A DNA stretch of 64,000 bases from an uncultured Clostridia bacterium (GTDB lineage Bacteria; Bacillota; Clostridia; Oscillospirales; JAAYOS01): positions 1,301 to 65,300 of the forward strand of contig CANRJS010000009.1 of the NCBI GenBank assembly GCA_947631015.1. Direction: 5' to 3'. Positions 59,541 through 64,000 of the stretch are shown here, one piece after another. The translations under genes were made by a program, and so were the position numbers. Every line of letters begins with the position of its first letter. The first letter of the stretch is position 1. The notes beneath the pieces were generated by a model. It saw nothing but the letters and a program-made list of their open reading frames with translations. It was not told where the DNA came from and searched no databases.

Positions 59541-60272
59541 TCAGGCGGTGTAGCCCCCGTCCACCGGAAGGACGGCGCCGTTGATGAACGCCGCGTCCTC
59601 CGAGGCGAGGAAGAAAATAGCTTTCGCGACCTCCTCTGGTTGTCCTATCCTGCCGAGCGGCGTCGCGCGGACGACCTCGAGGCGCGCCTCCGCGTCCACA
59701 TCGGCGTTCATGTCGGTGTCGATGAACCCCGGCGCGACGCAGTTCACCCGCACGCCGTTCGGGCCGAGCTCGCGCGCGAGGCTCTGCGTGAGCGATATGA
59801 CAGCCGCCTTGCTCGCGGCGTAAGCCGCTTCGCAGGACGCGCCGCGCAGTCCCCACATCGACGAGACGGTGACGATGCTCCCGCCGTGGCGGCGCATCAT
59901 GCCGTCCGCCGCCGCGCGACAGCACTCCGAGACGCCGAGAAGGTTCACCGCAAGTATCCGCTCCCAATCGGCGCGGCCGGTCGCGGCGTGCTCCTTTATG
60001 AGCGATATGCCGGCGTTTGCGACGAGCACGTCTATGTGCCCGAGCTCCGCCGCGACGCGCTCCGCCGCGCCTTCGCCCGCGCCGGGGACGGCGAGGTCGG
60101 CGCGCACCGGCATCGCAACGCCGCCGTGCTCGCCTATCACGCGGCAGAGGCGCACCGCGCTCTCCTCGGACGTGTTGTACCCCACCGCGACGGCGTATCC
60201 CGCCGCCGCGAACTCCAGCACCGCCGCAAGCCCTATACCCTTCGACCCTCCGGTCACAAACGCAGTTTTCAT
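59541..60272 (-). CDS. Short-chain dehydrogenase, FabG-like
   Basis: VTGGSKGIG, ANAGI, YAASKAA, NCVAPGFIDT. Confidence 0.93.
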   Translation of the reverse strand: MKTAFVTGGSKGIGLAAVLEFAAAGYAVAVGYNTSEESAVRLCRVIGEHGGVAMPVRADLAVPGAGEGAAERVAAELGHIDVLVANAGISLIKEHAATGRADWERILAVNLLGVSECCRAAADGMMRRHGGSIVTVSSMWGLRGASCEAAYAASKAAVISLTQSLARELGPNGVRVNCVAPGFIDTDMNADVDAEARLEVVRATPLGRIGQPEEVAKAIFFLASEDAAFINGAVLPVDGGYTA

Positions 60273-60320
60273 AGTGTCCTCCAAAGAAATATTCGCGGAA
60301 AATCGTGCGGGCTTCGCAAT

Positions 60321-60480
60321 TCCCAAACGCTCCGGCGGAGCGTTTGGGAGCCCTTCCGATTGAAATGCTCGCTCCGAATGAATCGGAGCTGCGCGAAGCT
60401 GCCTGCGGCAACTTCAACCGCGCGAACAGGCGCGGGGTCGCCGCTTACGCGGCGAATCGCAGTTGCGGCTCACCCGCGCG
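60321..60480. repeat. Family-2 repeat cluster (module A inverted)
   Basis: 60321-60435 is a reverse-complement copy of module A. Confidence 0.85.
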
Positions 60481-60532
60481 GAAATATCCTCCGATAGTAT
60501 ATAAGCACCGCCGGAGCGGTGCTTATACATTC

Positions 60533-60607
60533 TGGTACGCCCGATTGGAATCGAACCAACGCACCCGGCTCCGGAGGCCGGTGCTCTATCCACTGAGCTA
60601 CGGGCGC
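60533..60607 (-). tRNA. tRNA-Arg(CCG)
   Basis: GCGCCCGTAGCTCAGTGGATAGAGCACCGGC-CTCCGGA-GCCGG...GGTTCGATTCC...CGTACCA; cloverleaf with encoded CCA. Confidence 0.97.
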
Positions 60608-60646
60608 TTCTTATACAAAGGAGCACCTTCATAGGTGCTCCTTTGT

Positions 60647-60723
60647 TGGCGCGCTTGAAGGGACTCGAACCCCTGACCTACTGGTTCGTAGCCAGTCACT
60701 CTATCCAGCTGAGCTACAAGCGC
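60647..60723 (-). tRNA. tRNA-Arg(ACG)
   Basis: GCGCTTGTAGCTCAGCTGGATAGAG...CTACGAA...GGTTCGAGTCC...GCGCCA. Confidence 0.97.
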
Positions 60724-60751
60724 AACTGCGACTCTTTTCAGCCGCTCAATT

Positions 60752-60780
60752 ATGATAGCACATTCTGCCCGCGATTGCAA
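60752..60780 (-). promoter_or_regulatory. sigmaA promoter of tRNA pair
   Basis: TTGCAA-N17-TATCAT with extended TG. Confidence 0.7.
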
Positions 60781-60814
60781 GGACTTTTTTCCTTTTCGCA
60801 AAAATTTTTTATTG

Positions 60815-61125
60815 TCCCAAACGGCGCGGCACGCCGTTTGGGAACCCTTTGATTAAAATGCTCGGGGAAAATGAATTGCCCCTGCGCGAAGTTAGCGGCG
60901 CAGCCGCTAACTTCAACCGCGCGAACAGGCGCGGCACGGCGCGCCGTTTGGGGACCCTTCCGATTAAAATGCTCGGGGCAAACACGAGGGCGTCTACATA
61001 TTCCGCACCGAAACATATTCAGCCCTCGTGAGCTTTGCCCGCTTCGCGGGCAAAGCCGGACACTGTACATAATTGCCTGCGCGAAGCCCACGGCCTTGCC
61101 GTGGGCTTCCACCGCGCAAACAGGG
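60815..61125. repeat. Family-2 repeat cluster (modules A and B inverted)
   Basis: 60815-60934 is module A reversed; 60962-61057 is module B reversed. Confidence 0.9.
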
Positions 61126-61182
61126 GTGGAACAACGATAAGGGCGCGGATAAAATCCGCGCCCTCAATTCGTCTTGCAATTC

Positions 61183-61425
61183 TTACTCGGTCACGTAGGG
61201 CAGCAGGGCTATCTGACGCGCCCTCTTGATGGCGACGGTCAGCTGGCGCTGATGCTCGGCGCAGACGCCGGTCATGCGGCGGGGCAGTATCTTGCTGCGC
61301 TCGCTCATGAAGCGGCGGAGACGCGCCGTGTCCTTATAGTCGATGTGCTGTATCTTGTCCGCGCAGAACATGCAGACCTTCTTGCGTCTGCGTCCGCCGG
61401 GACGTGCGCTCTTATCGTAAGGCAT
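61183..61425 (-). CDS. rpsR: 30S ribosomal protein S18
   Basis: [37 protein letters not shown]. Confidence 0.99.
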   Translation of the reverse strand: MPYDKSARPGGRRRKKVCMFCADKIQHIDYKDTARLRRFMSERSKILPRRMTGVCAEHQRQLTVAIKRARQIALLPYVTE

Positions 61426-61529
61426 AGTTAATAACTCCTTTCGTCAGCATAAAGAAACCAAAATCATCGGCACAAAGCGGCTCTCGGGCTGCTTTGTGCG
61501 CGGCGGAACGCCGTTATGCGGTCGTCCGC

Positions 61530-62012
61530 TCAGAAGGGCAGCTCGTCGTCCCCGTCCTCGAGGTCGGTGAAGTCGCCCGTGGGAAGCTGGCTTGCGGGAA
61601 CGTCGCCCGTGCTGCGGTCGTAGCCGCCGTGAGGCTGGGGCTGATGGCGGTATCCGCCGGAGCCGGCTCCGTCGCGCGGTGCGCCGCCCTCGCCCGAGCG
61701 GTCGCCGCAGAAGCTGAGCTCGTCCGCCACGACCTCCACGGCGGTGCGGTTGTTCCCGTCCTTATCGACATAGCGGCGCGTCTGGATGGAACCGACGACG
61801 GCTATCATGCGGCCCTTTGTGAACCACTTCGCGAGGAACTCCGCCTGCTGCCGCCACGCGACGCAGTTGATGAAGTCGGTCTCGCGCTCGCCGTTCGCGT
61901 TCTTGAAGCGACGGTCGATCGCTATGGAGAAGGTCGCCACCGGAGTGTTCGACTGTGTGTAGCGCAGCTCGGGGTCTTTGGTGAGCCGCCCCATGAGTAT
62001 TGCTTTATTCAT
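61530..62012 (-). CDS. ssb: Single-stranded DNA-binding protein
   Basis: MNKAILMGRLTKDPELRYT...C-terminal DDELPF. Confidence 0.99.
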   Translation of the reverse strand: MNKAILMGRLTKDPELRYTQSNTPVATFSIAIDRRFKNANGERETDFINCVAWRQQAEFLAKWFTKGRMIAVVGSIQTRRYVDKDGNNRTAVEVVADELSFCGDRSGEGGAPRDGAGSGGYRHQPQPHGGYDRSTGDVPASQLPTGDFTDLEDGDDELPF

Positions 62013-62018
62013 CGCGCG

Positions 62019-62312
62019 TCACTCCTTGCAAACGATGATAGAGCGCATGATCCCGTCGGTAATGTTGTAGATACGGTCAAGCTCCGCCGGGAAATCCGGA
62101 GTGCTCTCAAAATTGATGAGCACATAGTAGCCCTCGCGCTGGTCGTCTATCTCATAGGCGAGCTTACGGGTGCCCCACTCGTCGACCTCCTCGAGCGTGC
62201 CGTTGCTTTCGATAAGCGACTTAAAGCGCTCGATGAGGGCGGTTCGGGACTCCTCGTCAAGCGAGGGGTGGACGATGAAGATCGTCTCGTACTTGGAAGA
62301 AACCTTTGCCAT
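62019..62312 (-). CDS. rpsF: 30S ribosomal protein S6
   Basis: KYETIFIVHP, WGTRKLAYEI, GYYVL. Confidence 0.99.
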   Translation of the reverse strand: MAKVSSKYETIFIVHPSLDEESRTALIERFKSLIESNGTLEEVDEWGTRKLAYEIDDQREGYYVLINFESTPDFPAELDRIYNITDGIMRSIIVCKE

Positions 62313-62414
62313 GTTGCACCTCCTTCTGGACTATGGCCGCCTTTTGGCGGCAAGGATCGCCGCACATACTCGTGCAGACTAAAGTATTATACTTGACACT
62401 TCCGCAAAAGTCAA
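62313..62414 (-). promoter_or_regulatory. rpsF promoter and probable S6:S18 autoregulatory leader
   Basis: TTGACT-N17-TATAAT (62414-62386); leader CCTTG-[CCGCC-AAAA-GGCGG]-CCA...AAGGAGG, where CCTT can pair with the SD. Confidence 0.6.
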
Positions 62415-62540
62415 GCATTTTCTTTCCTGCGGGGAGGAAATTTTGCATTCCGCCGTGGCGTTCTCCCCAGCGGCGGGATGCGGTCGCTCTTGCGGAAATA
62501 AGGCCTGCCGCGAAGCATGTGTTTCGCGGCAGGCCGTTTT

Positions 62541-62882
62541 TCAACCTGCGAAAAGATACTGCCGGTACACCACCAGCATATACGCGGCTTTCACGCCGAG
62601 GTACGCAAACACTGCAAAGCAGAGCCACAGCCCGAATCTCGCGAGCGGATGCGAGCGGAAGTGATACATCGCCCACAGCGCCGCGGGTATGACGACAAGC
62701 TTGTACGCCGCCGCCATCCACGGAGAACCCAGCAGCACCGCGAAGAACGGATTGCCCTCCCGCATACCCGGTATGCGGCCTATGCCGAAAAGCGTGTAGG
62801 CGAAATCGACGAGGCTAAGAATCTGCGTACCAATGGCGAGGAGCAAATACAGCCGCCGCGAGCGAGGCAAAGAGCTTTCCAC
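62541..62882 (-). CDS. Small membrane protein, DUF5658-like
   Basis: Hydrophobic helices with DFAYT...REGNP motif; SD GAGGAGG. Confidence 0.7.
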   Translation of the reverse strand: MESSLPRSRRLYLLLAIGTQILSLVDFAYTLFGIGRIPGMREGNPFFAVLLGSPWMAAAYKLVVIPAALWAMYHFRSHPLARFGLWLCFAVFAYLGVKAAYMLVVYRQYLFAG

Positions 62883-62912
62883 TAAACCGCCTCCTCAAGT
62901 CAACATCGGTGG

Positions 62913-62957
62913 GGGGACGGTTTTAATTGTGCTCAATGATACAAAAGAACCGTCCCC
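62913..62957. repeat. GGGGACGGTT/AGAACCGTCCCC inverted-repeat element (REP-like)
   Basis: 12-bp arms 62913-62924 and 62946-62957. Confidence 0.6.
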
Positions 62958-62977
62958 TTGTACACCCGTGTACCGGT

Positions 62978-64000
62978 TTAATGAACCTCAATAGAAATGG
63001 TTTCCTCTGCACTGTCAGAGTAAAACTTCAACTGAGCATGACCAGGATTTGTTGCTTCAATCTTCCAATCCGTGCCACTTCCGGTTATTGTGACGCAGTT
63101 ATCCCCACTAACAAATTCTACTGTGGCCTTACCAAATCTGGTAATACCTTGCCCATCGCTCGAAATAAATTTCACCGTACAAATTGATGGACCACCTTTT
63201 GTACAAAGGGACAGACTGCTTTTATCCAAAGTGAGTGTAACCTTTGCTCCTCCATTCTTCGCAAAATCTCCTGTGATGCTATCAGTATGTGCCAGATTGC
63301 AGACCGCAGTACCTCCGGCAGCGCCTGCGTCGTTTGTTACGTCAAACTCGTCTAATTCTTTTTCGTGCCAATCGATGTTGAGCCTGCCGTCCTTTGACGT
63401 AACAGTCGCGTACAATGCGCTTTGGCTGTCTGCCATTGATGTCTTGATTGCTTCCCAGTTATCACGAGACTCCATGATGGTTTCGGTAATGCCCACATAG
63501 CCGGTCAGCGCGTCATAATAATCGAAGTCTGTAATGGGCTTACCACTCGAGGTCAAATCATCCTCCACGGCTTTTCCGGCCTCCAGCATACCGAGAAAAG
63601 CGGTCGCATCGGCCTCCGCCTGTCCGTTCTTTTGATAATCATCAATGATTTTAGTCCATTCACTCGAGACAGAGGATGCCGCTTCAAAATAACTTTCATA
63701 ATGTGCATATGTTCCGCCTTTTTTAGTTGGAACGGGATTCCACGCCTCAAGCTCTGCTCTGGCAGTGTCGGAAAGATCCAGCTTTTCCGCGTATGCCTTA
63801 AACGCGCAGCTGCGGGCCACTGCCATAGACAACAAGATACCGTCTGTATCCACGTTGGTTTTGAATGTGTTATCGCTGCACATTTTATCAAACTTACGAT
63901 AAGCTGAATCGTTTACCGATGACTTCCAAGCATTGAGCATCACGTCTCTGTATGTCTCACCCTCGAATTGATGGGTCGTATCCGTCAATCCGTTTACGAC
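62978..64000 (-). CDS. Low-GC hypothetical protein, 5' end beyond the right edge; possible Ig-like C-terminal domain
   Basis: The frame stays open to base 64000 (..VVNGLTDTTH..), so the track start at 63988 is not the true start; beta-rich C-terminus VTLTLDKSSLSL...IEATNPGHAQLKF. Confidence 0.75.
   Translation of the reverse strand, partial: VVNGLTDTTHQFEGETYRDVMLNAWKSSVNDSAYRKFDKMCSDNTFKTNVDTDGILLSMAVARSCAFKAYAEKLDLSDTARAELEAWNPVPTKKGGTYAHYESYFEAASSVSSEWTKIIDDYQKNGQAEADATAFLGMLEAGKAVEDDLTSSGKPITDFDYYDALTGYVGITETIMESRDNWEAIKTSMADSQSALYATVTSKDGRLNIDWHEKELDEFDVTNDAGAAGGTAVCNLAHTDSITGDFAKNGGAKVTLTLDKSSLSLCTKGGPSICTVKFISSDGQGITRFGKATVEFVSGDNCVTITGSGTDWKIEATNPGHAQLKFYSDSAEETISIEVH

Overview
GC-rich (about 65-70% in sampled coding lines) chromosomal segment. 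Gene content points to a spore-forming Clostridia-type Firmicute, probably an Oscillospirales-like gut lineage (inference). It is mostly housekeeping and metabolic: hflX-yigZ-dgt-dnaG-rpoD-yebC, a MarR/ABC exporter locus, a response regulator-ABC-permease-kinase module, sugar genes, an 8-gene shikimate/Phe/Tyr operon, glmS, spoVB, two tRNA-Arg genes and rpsF-ssb-rpsR. No transposase, integrase, prophage or CRISPR array was seen. Best finding: the aromatic operon is preceded by a complete-looking ribosome-mediated attenuator. It comprises a 34-aa leader peptide with 9 Phe/Tyr in 13 codons, an 11-bp antiterminator and an intrinsic terminator, with no T-box. Also notable: two families of modular palindromic intergenic repeats (BIME/REP-like) starting at gene 3' ends, two copies of one family bracketing the TCS-ABC module; several low-GC single-gene inserts; a 42-aa duplication-derived insert in an ABC NBD; and four sigmaE-like promoters, two of which mark uncharacterised genes.
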